Positions 37,517-50,836 of a DNA stretch of 64,000 nt are shown piece by piece (positions within the stretch are counted from its first letter, which is position 1; each line of letters starts with the position of its first letter). This stretch comes from Cetorhinus maximus. Taxonomy: Eukaryota. The position numbers were made by a program, and so were the translations under genes. The stretch covers positions 66,588,001 through 66,652,000 of the forward strand of contig NC_135892.1 in NCBI RefSeq assembly GCF_964194155.1, in the 5' to 3' direction. The notes beneath the pieces are model-generated. The model saw only the letters and a list, made by a program, of their open reading frames with translations. It was not told where the DNA came from and ran no database searches.

Positions 37517-39240
37517 TCAGAATTTCTTAACTTTTCTAGGCCTACCACTTCTTCTAGGTGCTGCCCTGACATTCGCAGCAGGGGTGGAGACAGCCTGTGC
37601 AATGGTTGGCCCTGTTGCATCTGATGACTTCGGCATGGTTCCTCTGGAGAGCCAAGGCCTTGAGGGCCCCCGTTTACTTTGGTTTCCCTCCTGTGGGCCA
37701 GCTGTTCCCTCTGCAGTGACAGAGGGCAAGGTTGAGGGGGTCACAGGCAATGGCAAGTCAGAGGAAGCAGACAGCCTCGGAGCAGATGACCCAGGTGTAT
37801 CCAGCTGCTGCTCCTCCTCCCTTCGGGTGTCTGAGGGCCCCGTTTTGACTCTTTAAGGGGAAGGAGTGCCTGGAGGGGTGTTCAGGTGCCCCGTTTCCCT
37901 TTCACGTTGCCATTGCAGGAACTCACCCATGGCTCCCGCGATGGAGTGCAGATCTGCACACATCTCCACATTCTGCTGGGCCAGGGTCTCCATGGCATCT
38001 GCCATCCTTCCCATGGAGGCTTCCATACACCCACATGTGGGCACCACTTCATCAGAAAGCAGGTGGACACAATCCTCCAACTCATTTGCCACTCTGTTGA
38101 GGGCTTCCAACAGGTCTCTGTGATGTTCCCTCGCCTTCTGCTGACTCTCCACAATGAGTTAAAAGGCCAAATCCAGAGTCTCAGCATCTGACTCGGGCCT
38201 CACAGGTGCCTCTTACTCAGCAGCCCCCTGAGTGCCAGGGAGCTCGGCTGAACCTGCCTCCTCCTGCTGCGGACACGTGTCCATGCATTGACCACCAGAT
38301 TGTGAACTCAAGCCTGTTCTAGATCTAGACCCCAGCAAGGTGTGTGTCTCTGCTCTGGTGGAGGGTGTGGGTAAGCGCTGTGACAGGCCTTCCAGGCTGC
38401 TTATTTCCAGCTCTTCAATGGAGGAGGTGTCCTTTTGGCTGGAGGTGAGGATATGGATGGAGCTGAGGGACTGTCTGGCTGAGGGTATCGGTTGTTTGTG
38501 AACCAAAGTAGAGATAATTAGTGCATGGCAACAGAGTCAAAAGCAGGAGAGAGAGCACTCACAGCTGCATTCAGAGAGGGATGATGTGGTGCAGGATCCT
38601 CACATGGGTGTTTGCTGCCGACCTCACCATTGCCGCAGGCACGGTCCACATCCTCACCAGTCAACGCGATGGCACGCTCCTCAAAGTGAGTGAGGGGCCT
38701 AATGTGGGCCACTCCACCCCCGGTGCGGGACCTCTCCCTGCTGATGTGAGCAGGCTTCTCCTGCATGAAAACAGGTGGAGAGAGTGTGAGCAGGACACAT
38801 GGCACTGCATGGAATGTTTGTGTGGTGAGCGGAGCCATGGATGGGATGAGGACGCAAGCTCCAGAGGATATGAGCCTTATGGAGATGTGAGGGTGTGTGT
38901 GAGAGTTAGTGGTGTTGTCCCTTGAGGTGTGAGGTCCCTGTGGATGTGTGATGGTTTTGTGAGTATGCGAGTTAAGAATGATGAGGTGGTTGACTGAACC
39001 TGGCAGAACGGATGAGAGCATTCATCCTCTTCCTCCACTGGATAGCTGACTCCTCTTTTCTCCAGTGGTGTTAACTGACACTGCCACTGCCTCCCAGGCC
39101 GGATTAGTGACTCTGGTGGACCTCCTGCGGCCAGAGCGAGGATAGAGGACATCGCAGCAGCTTTCCACTGTGTCTATCAGGTGCCCCAGAGAGGCATCAC
39201 TAAATTTGGGCCCTGCCATCTTCTTTGCTTTCGGGGCCAC
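37517..39240 (-). pseudogene. Harbinger Myb/SANT-like gene, exons about 39240-38999, 38760-38604 and 38497-37517
   Basis: PKFSDASLGHLIDTVE..VLYPRSGRRR..PAWEAVA; EKPAHISRERSRTGGG..LTHFEERAI; a helical middle region; C-terminus RRSGRPRKVKKF*. Several stops and damaged splice sites are present. Confidence 0.85.
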
Positions 39241-42095
39241 CTGTCACCTGGAGCAGTCCTGTAGACATCAAGTAGATTACTGTCTGGTGTGCTTTAAATA
39301 TGTGCCCAGAGCGAGGAAGCGTTGAGTTCATGGCGTGGTAGGCAGATCCAAGTCTGTCCACCAGTGATCCGGCATGTTTCCTATGAATGTATTATTAATG
39401 AGCTAGTTCACACTGGGAAGGGGAAAGATACAGGGCGAAAACCCATCATTGTGGCCGGCGGGTAAAACATAATTCTTCACACCCACTACCGCACTTAGTG
39501 CAAATCTGTGATGATTCCGCCCCATGTGTCTGCTACCCTTGTCCTTCTAGATGGTAGCAGCTGTGGGTTTGGAAGATGCTGTCTAAGGAGTCTTGGTGAG
39601 TTGCTGCAGTCCACCTTGTAGATGGTACACACTGCTGCCACTGTTCGTCGATGGTGGAGGGAGTGAGTGTTTCTGGAGGGGGTGCCAATCAATCGGACTG
39701 CTTTCTCCTGGATAGTGTCAAGCTCCTTGAGCGTTGTTGAAGGTGCATTTATCCAAGTAAGTGGAGAGCATTCCAGCACACTCCTGACCTGTTCTTGTAG
39801 ATGGTGAAAAGGTTTTGTGGAGTCAGGAAGTGAGTTACTTGCCACTGGATTCCTAGCCTCTGACCTGTTCTTGTAACAACATTAGTTATGTTGCTAGCCC
39901 AGTACAGTTTCTTGTCAATGGTAACCTCCAGAATGTTGATAGTGGGGGATTCAGCGAAGGTAATGCCATTGAATGTCGAGGCGATGGTTAGATTATCTCT
40001 TGTTGGAGATGGTCATTGCCTGGCACTTGTGTGATGCGAATCTTACTTCCCACTTGTCAGCCCAAGCCTGGATATTGTTCAAGTCTTGATGCATTCGGAC
40101 ATGGACTGCTTCAATATCAGACGAGTCATGAATGGTGCTGAACATTATGCAATCATCAGTGAACAGGCCCACTTCTGACCTTATGATGGAAGGAAGGTCA
40201 TTGATGAAGCAGCTGAAGATGGTTGGGCCTAGGACACTACCCTGTGGAACTCCTGCAGTGATGTCCTGGAACTGAGATGATTGACCTCCAACAACCACAA
40301 CCATCTTCCTTTGTACAAGGTATGACTCCAACCAGCGGAGAGTTTTCCCCCTGATTCCCATTGACTGCAGTTTTGCTAGGACTCCTTGATGCCATACTTG
40401 TTCAAATGCTGCCTTGATATCAAGGGCAGTCATGCTCACCTCACCTCTGGAGTTCAGCTCTTTTGTCCTTGTTTGAACCAAGGCTGTAATGATGTCAGGA
40501 GCTGAGTGACCTTGGCGGAACCTAAACTGAGCGTCAGTGAGCAGGTTATTGCTAAGCAAGTGCCACTTGACAGCAGTTCCATCACTTTACTGATGATCAA
40601 GAGTAGACTGATGGGATGGTAATTGGCCGGGTTGGATTTGTTCTGCTTTTTGTATGGAGGATATGCCTGGGCAATTTTCCACATTGCCGGGTAGATGCCA
40701 GTGTTGTAGCTGTATTGGAACAGCTTGGCTAGGGGCGTGGCAAGTTCTGGAGCACGAGTCTTCAGTGCAATTGCTGGAATGCTGTCAGGGCCCATAGACT
40801 TTGCAGTATCCAGTGCCTTCAGCCATTTCTTGAAATCACATGGATTTAATTGGCTGAAGACTGGCATTTGCGATGCTGGGGACCTCTAGAGGAGACCAAG
40901 ATCAATCATCGATTTGACACTTCTGGCTGAAGATTGTTGCATATGCTTCAGCCTTATCTTTTGCATTGATGTGCTGGGCTCCTCCATCATTGACGCTGAG
41001 GATATTTGTGGAGCCTCCTCCTCCAGTGGATTGTTTAATTGTCTCCCGCCATTCACGACTTGATGTGGTAGGACTGCAGAACATTAGATCTGATTCATTG
41101 GTTGTGGGATCGCTTAACTCTGTCTATTTCATGCTGGTTACACTGTTTGGCACACAAGTAGTCTTGAGTTGTAGCTTCATCAGGTTGACGCCTTATTTCT
41201 TGGTATGCCTGGTGCTGCTCCTGGCATGCCCTCTTGCACTCTTCATTGAACCAGGGTTGATCCCCTGGCTTGATGGTAATGGTAGAGTGAGGGATATGCC
41301 AGACCATGAGGTTATAGGTTGTGTTCAAGTACAATTCTGCTGCTGCTGATGGCCCACAGCGCCTCATGGTTGCCCAGTCTTGAGTTGCTAGATCTGTTTG
41401 AAATCTATTCCATTTAGCATAGTGGTAGTGCCACAGAACATGATGGAGGGTATCCTCAGTGTATAGATGGGATTTTGTCCTCACAAGGACTGTGCGATGG
41501 TCATTCCTACCGATACTGTCATGGACACATTCTACAGCAGGCAGTTTGGTGTGGATGAGATCATATACGTTTTTCCTTCTTGTTGGTTCCCTCACCACTT
41601 GCTGCAGATCTAGTCTAGCAGCAATGTTCTTCATGACTTGGCCAGCTCGGTCAGTAATGGTGCTACCAAGCCACTTTTGGTGATGGACATTGAAATCCCC
41701 CACTCAGAGTACATTCTGCACCCTTGCCACCCTCCGTGCTTCCTTCAGTTGGTGTTCAACATGGAGGAGCACTGATTCATCAGCTGAGGGGAGGGTTGGG
41801 GGATGGCGGCATGTTGCAATCAGCAGGAAGATCCCTTGCCAATGTTTGATCTGATGCTATGAGACTTCATGGGGTTTGGAGTCGATGTTGTGGACTCCCA
41901 GGGAAACTCCATCCCGAATGTATATCACGGCACCGCCACCTGTGCTGGCTCTATCCTGCCTGACATATATCCTGCTGCAGGTCTGAATTACAGAACAAAC
42001 AGCATCCTGGCACCATGCAACTCTGACAGGGGACAGTGGACGCAGATACAGGACGATCCTGGATAAGGGACGGTTGGTCACCCGGCCCTCAGTAA

Positions 42096-45000
42096 GGGCT
42101 ATATTTTCATCCATGCGTCAGGTGTGCAGAGTCAGGAGAATTCCCGGCCCTGGGAACCCAACTTCTAAAAATGTCTGACTGAACTTCCGATTTCCAGTCC
42201 GGGACGCGGGGGCCGCAGGCTATGTTAAGAGTCAGGCTGGGCAACCCCAGAATTAGCGAGGGATTGCAGGCAAGCCCGGCACAGGCTGGGCAACTTGAGT
42301 GCAAAAAAAAAAGCGGGCCCTCAGAAAGGCCCATTTGAGAGGTTGGTCATCCATGATGCAGTGCCTGTTTCTCAGAGGAGACACCATTAACTTGCCAGTT
42401 GAGTGGGAACTCTGTAAATATTGTACAGCTCTTAGCTGACCTTGGAGCAGATCATCATGGGGAAAAATGTCATGGTTGCCACCTATTCACAGTGTACCTC
42501 AGAGGGAAGTGGTGGTCTTGCAGCATTGTTGCTGGACTAGCGATCCAGACACTCAGGGTAATGCTCTGGGGAGCCGAAGTGAATAAGTTGAATTCAATAA
42601 AAATCTGGAATCTGGAATTGAAAGTCTAATGATGACTGGTTCAGTAATGTCCATTAGGAAAGGAAATCTTCTGTCCTTACCTGGTCTGGCTTACATGTGA
42701 CTGTGGACCCACAAAGTGGTTGACTCTTCAATGCCCTCTGAATGAGCTCTTGGATTCAGTGCCGGAAAAGGTTCAATGACCTGCTGCATTCCAGCAAGGT
42801 GAGTAGTTTGGCTCATCCACACAGAGTTCCAAGGGAAGGGTCATATCTGCATGCTGCAGCTAAGGTGTAAGGCCTGGCTCATACTTCTGCTTCAGCATTG
42901 AGGCTTGAATGTGTAAGCTGCTCATGTAGGTTACATACAGAACACATGTGAATGAGCACTGTGATGCACAGAGTGAAGAGAAATATCCCTGCATGCACCA
43001 TATATCAGGCTAACGTGAAATCATGTTGTCGTTGCAGACCAAAAGGGAGAAAAACACCATGGTGATGACCCGGACAGGGTGGGTCAGCCTGGCTGAGAAC
43101 AATTTGTTCAGTTAAGCAGATGGCCATGGAGATTTCTAGGGTCCCTGAGCAGTTGTCTGTTTGTGATGGTGAATCACTGGAAGCGGGTGATAAAGGCAGT
43201 GTTAAAACCATGTTGGAACATACTGGTAATGTTGGAGGTCATGATGTCAGTTCACTGAGTACAAGGCGATGTTGGCGTGAGTGGGAATACAAGGATGGGG
43301 TTGCATCATAAGGGCAGCACGATTAAGGCAATGGCATGCGTCAGCGAGTGCTTTCTCAATGAGGGAAGGTTATACCTAAATAACTCCTTTGTGTCTCACA
43401 CAGGCCCCATCTCTGCTTGCTCGCCACAGCCCCCTTCCCCATGCCCCATCCCACCACCCCCCCACCCCCCCCACCCCCCTAGGTCAGACCATCCCCTGGA
43501 CATCAAGACAGGAAAAGATGTCCAAGGAGGCAGTGTCGCATCAGACTAACCCGCACTCCGCCAACTCAGATACAGCACTTCAGAGGAATGTAGCGCGCAT
43601 GTAAAGTTGGTGGCACAGGGTGAGGGGCACCGCTCGAGTGCAGGAGGAGGTGTCGGAGTCACAGACATCTTTGTACTGTCCTCAGAGGAAAGTCACGATG
43701 GTGCTCCAGTAGGCAGGAATGTGGAGCCTCTGGAGTCATCTTTTGGGGCACAGTATTTGGACATCAACAGCAGGTGTGTGGACATTGGGCAGAGTTCCCT
43801 GAGGCAATGGGAGCTCCTGGACTGTGAATGGAGAAGTCCATCGCTGTCATGAGTTCCACATTGTCCCGGGGGCTCAGCCACATGAGCTCCGACAAAGAGA
43901 GATTGGCCGCTGTCATGGAGAAATAGAAGCAACAGCACTTGGAGTAGATGCGAGATCAGTGTCTCGGCCAGGAAAGGGTGCAAGCCTCCCTCAGTAGTTT
44001 GGATCAGTCTGCTCAGAATATGAACACTAACATCTATGGAATACATAAGGAGTGTGCACCCTTAACAGGATGGTCGCACTGTCCACACAGTGGTTGCTGG
44101 AATGGATGACTGCTGCACAGCAGCAGCAGCCAGCCCCATTAACCCATCTGAAGGCCTACCCAGGGCTGTGGAAGTCGCTGAGGAAAGTGAAGGTACTGGA
44201 AGATTCTCAGCACCCTCTTTTTCCTCCACCTCCAAGCTCCTCTGCCAGACACCACGTCTGCTACACATGTGCTAGAGACCACGGCTGCCCATGCAGAAAT
44301 GCAGAGGCTGCAGTCTGAAGGAGGTCTCCAACGATTTCCTGCATGACAAGGTCTTCCAAAACACTCCTCATTTCCATATAGACAGAGGAGTGAGCAGCCT
44401 GCCTCCACCTCCTCCAATGCAACACCTAGAGCACTAATGGGCCCACCATGGTTACACTTTTCACGTTGCAGGTATCACATTTGAGCACTTTTTGAATACA
44501 TTTACATATACTTGTATATGACTTAAAATGTGTTTGTACATTTTAGAACTCCCAAAGAATGGTACCATGATGAAGGACATTCTTACCTGTGATAATGAAG
44601 GTGGCATGCTGAGGTCCATCTCGAGGTGGAGGCATCAGGTGCAAAGGTGTGGCCATATGTGTGAGGCATTGGAGGGCTTCTTCCTTTCCTGGTCTAATAC
44701 ATAAGAATCCAGGGTTCAAAGGCTCAAGCACTGAAATGTTCCTTGCATCTTTCATTGTCCATCCAAATTTTACTTTAATGGAGGCTCAGTGACCAGGCTC
44801 CATGAGGAGATGCTGTGCAGCAAGCACATCTCAAGCATGTGTGCTGGGTGCAAAGCACTCATCTGCACAGCACCGTCATGCACTGGTCTAGGTGCAAGCA
44901 TCGCAGCACAACATGCCATTTATGCTTCAGAGAATATTGCTCATCTGCTGTCCCCACTACTTTGACAGCATTGGCATTCTAGGTGGCAGAGGATGTGCTT

Positions 45001-47025
45001 TGTAAGGGAACCCAAGGTTTATGATGTCACTCTCAGCATTGGGCATGGTTTGGTGCCTCATTTACAGGCACAGCTATTTATGTGAGGGGGCCAGGTTATG
45101 AAGGGCTTCTTACCATGTGTGTTTGTAATATGTTGAGGGCAATGGTTATGATGTTGAGGGTTGCAGCCACTTTAATGTAACTGAATCAAACGCATTGATG
45201 TTGATTCTCTCTCCTGTGGGGGACGGGCATTCCCCCGAGTAATTGTGGCGTCAATGTAAAAGGTTCTTTACTCAGAAGTTGCTCAGCAGGGACTGGCTGA
45301 TAGTAATTTTAAGGCAGGAGAACATTTTGAGAATCAATTTTGCACACGGACAAGTCTGGCAATGATCCCCTTCTGCACAGCTGGGCACATGGGCATACAC
45401 CTAGCTGTCCTGCCATTAGCCTCCTCAGCCTGCTCTGTTTGGGAAGAATGGGCAGGGGCTTCTTCTCCCTCCTCATCTTCCTCATCCTCCTCCAAGGTTG
45501 GAGGTCTGCCCATGGCATTGTTGTCATCGATTTCTAGGCCCCTTCACTCTGCAATGTTGTGCAGCATGCATTCTGGATACCCTTGCTGGGGCATACTGCA
45601 GGTCTCCAGCTGAGGAACCGAGGCACCTGAAAGCATATTTTTAAAATGCCAATGGCCTGGCTGGATTTTACCCCTTGTGACGACATGGCTGCTGTTGTAG
45701 TTGCACTCTGCCTCAGTTTGAGGGGTCCTGAAGGGGGTCATTAGCCAGGTTCTTAAGGGGTAGCCCTTGTCCCCCTAGGAGCCAACCACGGACCTATGAG
45801 GGTGGCTGAAATAGCCGAGGGTGTTGCGAACTGCTCAGTATGAAGGAGCCGTGGGAGCGCAGGGAAGCTTGCACACAGCTAAAGGAAGTTTTTGTTATGG
45901 TCACAAACCACCTGTATATTGAATGAGTGAAAGAACATTCGGTTGATGAAGGTGTCCAATTTATAAGTTGGAGCCTTTATGGCAACATGGGCGCAATTAA
46001 TAACACCCTGCACCTGAGGGCAGCCTGCTGACTGGCCAAAGGCTGTGGCTCTTTGCGTCTGAGATGCTAAATCTACAGGAAAATTAATGTGATTCTCCCA
46101 CGCAAGCAAACAAGGCACTAGTTACAGCCTTGATGTAGCTGTGTGCTGCTGACTGGGATATAGCAGACTGGTCTTCAGTTGATCCCTGGAAAGAGCCTCA
46201 GGCATAAAAATTGGTAGTGATGATTACCTTTACAGCCACTGGCAGGGCATGAGGGTCAATAGACTGTGCCTCAAGTTGTTGATGGACATGTGATATTTGT
46301 CCATCACAGTCTAGCCTCAGTCATCTTCGGCACTGGCTCTTCGTCATATTGAGGTATGATGTCCTGGGTCTGTACACCCTTCCCACAGGGTATCACCTGG
46401 TTGTTCTGCCTCTCCTCCTCCTCCTTCCTGGTGCGCGTGGTGCTGCCTCTTCCTCCTGACCTTCAGCCACCTCTCTGGCCTCTGACTGCTAATGTTGATT
46501 GGTTTCTATGTCGTCTATGTACGAGGATGCCATGTCCATCTTGTATCTTCCTTCGCATGAGGCACAATGCACCCTTCTCAAACACAACATCCTTCCTGGC
46601 ACCTGGGTGTATGAGTTAGTAGAGGCAAAAAAAACTGCCTGTGAGTCCAGCAGACCCACCCTCCTACACTTTGGATTGAGTTTTTGCCAATTCTGAGCCA
46701 GTTAAGACAAGCTTAAAGCAAGTTCTACAAGAGTACCTGCACCTCTCCAAAAGGGTACCCTGGATATGCAAAGAAATGAACAAAGTTCAGACCTGTTCCT
46801 ACCAGGTCTACCCTGCACCTGTGTGACCAAATTCCAGTGGAGGTAGCTGCTGATTAATATGAGCAGCTGCCTCCATGAAATGCGCAAACACAAACCCTGA
46901 CTCAGGTCTATTCCCACCCCCTGTAAAAATGGTAGATGCCATGTTCGGGGGGTAGGGGGAGGCGGACTTGCGATTTCCCAGCATGTCTGCCATTTTCACT
47001 AAGATGGGGAGGCCAAATTCATGCC
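42096..47025 (-). mobile_element. Decayed two-gene Harbinger (Myb + at about 42750-44430; transposase - at about 45240-46560)
   Basis: WIQCRKRFNDLLHSSK precedes GTGAGT at 42799. The minus strand gives PQVQGVINCAHVAIKAP..FHSFNIQVVCD and [17 protein letters not shown] flanks both putative ends, but the TIRs are degenerate. Confidence 0.8.
42500..42745 (+). mobile_element. SINE fragment inserted in the Harbinger element
   Basis: Contains aggaaatct..ccttacctggtctggcttacatgtgact..ggttgactctt..gccctctgaa, recalled as a common fish/shark SINE body. The family name is not certain. Confidence 0.5.
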
Positions 47026-47329
47026 TAACTTTTCAATATCTGCCTTTAATCGCACATCTGCACATGCCTGAAGTTACTATGGTATTTGCGCATAAATACC
47101 AACAAATGCTCTCAGCCTTGCTGTTATCTTGACAAAAATGTTGCGCAAAGGTCGCTAAATGCGCTCATTGGCAATTAGCAGCAGTGTCTTAATGCTTAAC
47201 TGACTTCAGGAAAAGTCCAGTTGCAATCAATTCCAATTCAAAAATGACTGATGTTAACCCTGAGCAAGTGTATGTTTATCACTGCAACTAGAGCTCAGAA
47301 TTTATTCATTTTATTTATAGAAAGATAAT

Positions 47330-48010
47330 AGGCAGGATTTTCGGGTTGTCGGACTGGCATGGTGGGCGGGGCCCGGGAGCCGCCTGGAAATGGTCCACCG
47401 CCCACGGTCAGCCCCCAACCATGATTTCACACTGGCTGGACAAGTAACAGCCAGCCAGTATGAAAGGCGTGCTGAAATGCTCAGTGCTGCTGGGGTGGGG
47501 GCGGCGGGGGGGGGGGCGAGTGCTAACGTCTGCACAGGCACGGGGGGTGCGCAATGAAAGCTCCCTGAAGGCAGGGAGCTGAAAAATTTAAAAATCAGAA
47601 ATAAAGATTATAAAAGTCTGAAAAAAAATGTCCCCGCATAGGATTCATTCGCATTATGTAGATAATAAAAATTATGTCAAAACATTTTTTTTTAAAATTA
47701 ATGTCGGAAACCTCATCCCGCCCGTGGATGAGGCTTCCTCAAAAACGCAAAGGCCGCCTGACCAATTCTCCCACCAACCAACCGTAACATTGGACAGGCA
47801 GAGAAAAATCTCCGTTAATTAATGAACTAATGGCCATAAAAGGCCTCTTAACTGCTGGCCGGCACACTGCCAACTCTCGTGCCCACCCGCCGACCGAAAT
47901 ATCGCAAAGCGCATGATGATGTCAGGACGCTCACCCAACATCACCGCACGCTATTTCACGCTCGAGCATGTCGGGCGCACGTGCTCGCGCGCCGAGTGGA
48001 AAATTCTGCC
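47330..48010. mobile_element. Harbinger MITE (GGGCAGAATTTT family)
   Basis: aggcaggatttt ... aaaattctgcc with AAT flanks. The body is colinear with 15848-16476. Confidence 0.9.
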
Positions 48011-49154
48011 AATGTTCTCAACAAATAGTCAACTATGAATAAAAAATATATGGAATTCATTTATAACTACTGAGGGTTTTACTTCTGTACTCATTCATCT
48101 TTATTACTTTTTAAATTTTTATTATTTAAGCACTCATAATAAAGTTGTAACAAAGCTTTAAATCAATCAGACAGAAGTTTATGCTATTCAATGATTCTGG
48201 GCTAATATGTATAACCCATTAATTCGTCAACATAGATCTTCAAAAAAGCAAGACCATGTTTTCCCAAAGGCTCTATAAAATTGAAAAATGAACATTATGT
48301 CATCATGCATCACGACTGTCTTCTCTTTTGCAAATGCTAATAGCAGAAGCAGGAACACATCATCATATTCCTTGATGATGCTCCAATAGTTCATACCAGC
48401 CACATGGATCTTGCTGATCCACTAAACCTCTTCTATTTACTGCATCTGCCCATACAGATCTCACTCATCCATATTTCATGCTGACTATTTTTCAAGTTTC
48501 CCATTTTCATCTTTCCCCACTGCTTTGGACATCCATTTTTGCACTTCGTCTTATCTCGCAGCAAGGTTCTCCCAAGGCTTTGCAGCGCAAACATTTATTT
48601 TCATTTCAAAATGTAAGATATTCCCAGGCCCAAAACCAATTATAACAAAATAGCTATGTATTTTTTGTAGTTTTGCATCAAAAAAGCCTAATGTTGGATA
48701 TTTTTTCCTACAAAAAAATAAGTGTACTATTATTTCACTTAACTTGAAAGAAGTTTTAAAGATTCCCAGCGTTCACAGTCTCTGTCAATTTAAAGATGGC
48801 CTTCAGTTTATCAGAAGGGAGATACTGCCCTCAAGGCTAAAAATGGCACATTTATTCATTTTCAAGTTCGCTGTTTATCTGCTGGGAGTCATTAGTCTTG
48901 ATGTGATTTATCGCTAACATTGTGTAATCCTATTAATTCCCTGATATAGATTGCTAAACAACCCATATCTCAAACTTATTTAGTTGGTTTTTGAACTTGC
49001 CCATGGCCATGGGAGGATCATAGGCAGGAATTTTAATATGAGCCAACACATGGAGTTGGGTGAAGTTACGAGTTAAATCGTTCAAATTTCCAACTGTGTT
49101 GGGAACACTTCAACTTGTCCAGTTCTGAGTTTAACAGAGGTGGAACAAAGTGAT

Positions 49155-49210
49155 GGTGGGGGTGTTGGGGGGTGGCAGGTGGGGGGGGGGGGGTGGGGGG
49201 GGGGGGTGGA
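49155..49210 (+). repeat. Poly-G tract (G-quadruplex potential)
   Basis: Multiple long G runs, within a probable old MITE starting near 49022. Confidence 0.7.
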
Positions 49211-50309
49211 TGGCGAGGATGGGGCAAGCAAACAGGTCTCAGGAGGCTCCCAAACTTAAATATTTTAATGAGGCTGACAATTCACAGCCTCTGATTTAAT
49301 CTGCTTGGAAGGTTTTATAGTGGGTTTCCCAAACTCAGAAAATCTAGAAGCTGGTGTGAGGCAAGGAAAGCTTTGGGGAGAAGGTAAGTGCCTCACAGCA
49401 CTACTTGTGGGTCTGGAGGAACCACGACCTCAAACACCACACCCGCATAAGAAACCATCATACAAAGGACCTCAGGATTCCAGCCCCCAGGGTGGAGGGT
49501 GGGGCAGGAATGGATATCCACCACTGCCCCAGGAATTGACTCCTGCCCTGGGCCGTGGATCGTACCTACCTGGTCCTGCACCCTGCTCTGACGGACTCCC
49601 AATCTGAATGGAAGCCAAGCCTTTCCATCAGGAGGGAACCAGTCAAGTACAAAAGATGCATGCTCCATATCATGCAGGGAAATTTCTGGATTTCCTGCCC
49701 AGAACACCTCCCCACAACCTACATAACCCTGTTAATATGCTGGCCATCCCCTAGCTCTCATTCTGCTTTGCTGATTAACAGGGACTTCAAATGGAAGTAA
49801 AATGTTTCTGTCTGGGTGTTTAGTTCAGGCAAAGGGCTATGAAATTACATAATTCATGTAAAAATGTAAAATAGATATCCAACATTTTCCTTAATCGCTG
49901 ACATTAATAATCAAACGTTACCTGCAGAGTTGGAGGACTATCTTATCTGGTGTCACAAATAAAGTGCCTGTCCCAAGATACAAAACCTTCACGGCAGTGG
50001 AATTTAAATTTACAAATCTTATTATTTACTTCAGGTGGGAGATAATGCTAAGGAGATTGTAAAGCTTTGAGGTGTGTTTCCGTGAACCTGATGTCAGACA
50101 ATGCAGGGTGTATATACAGTACATCCAAAGGAGTTGATATCCCCTATTGTGCCTGCCATAAGCTCCTGTTTATATGTCCCATCTTTCAATGCATATTAGT
50201 GGTACACTTATATGATCTCAAAATTGTACCTGTCTAGAGGTTACAGATGCAATTTTTTAAGTGTCTAATATCATTTATTTCTGAATTAGAAGGTAATTAA
50301 TTCACCCCT

Positions 50310-50790
50310 GTGTGTATAACTTGAGCACATTATCTAGACTGACAAGTTAGTGGAGTGGTGTACTTTTAAAAATGTCATCTTTCATGTGAGATACTAAATG
50401 AACACCTTATTCCTCAAATCTGTTCCTGTTCCACATGCTGTAACTTTGCCAGAGGAATGGTAGAACATTCATATGTGTAACTTTTGGTGGAGTAATGGCA
50501 GTGGAGTGGAAACAGCTCTGAGGAAATTTCTAGTCTTTGATTATCCATTCAAGTGCACTAATTAAAGAAGAACAGGGAGGTATCTTGCTCAACATTCCTG
50601 CATCAATCAATGCTGCCAAAAAGAACAGGTTAACTAGTCATTTATCTGCATGCTCGATGTAGTTTTGTCTGCAAATTGGCTGTTTTCTCCCACAAAACTG
50701 CAGTGGCACCATTCCAAAAGTATATAATTTTATTTCAGTGTTTTGAAGCATCTGGAGACATGTTAAGGCTCTATATAATTTCAATTTCTG
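50310..50790 (+). mobile_element. Highly decayed DeuSINE-like (SacSINE1-type) element
   Basis: Recalled Deu-domain motifs gtcatctttc..gagatactaaa, aagaagaacagggag and gcaaattggctg, ending in an L2-like tail (aaggctctatataa). Confidence 0.55.
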
Positions 50791-50836
50791 TTGTTTCTAT
50801 CAATAATATGAATGGCCCCAATTTTAACTTCGCCCT

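Larger units (their letters stand above)
35358..39522 (-). mobile_element. Harbinger element, 4165 bp, with Myb gene but no recognisable transposase
   Basis: Perfect 13-bp TIR GGGCGGAATCATC. TSD CAT at 35355-35357 and 39523-39525. Confidence 0.93.
35113..41990 (-). mobile_element. CR1 LINE (family B), near-complete ORF2 at 39523-41990 plus 3' end at 35113-35357, split by a Harbinger element
   Basis: Endonuclease motif MGDFNVHHQKWLGS; RT motifs ALDIKAAFEQVWH, GVPQGSVLGP and LFTDD. The host sequence gtgttcccat|gtgtctgctacc is continuous across the insertion. Confidence 0.93.
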
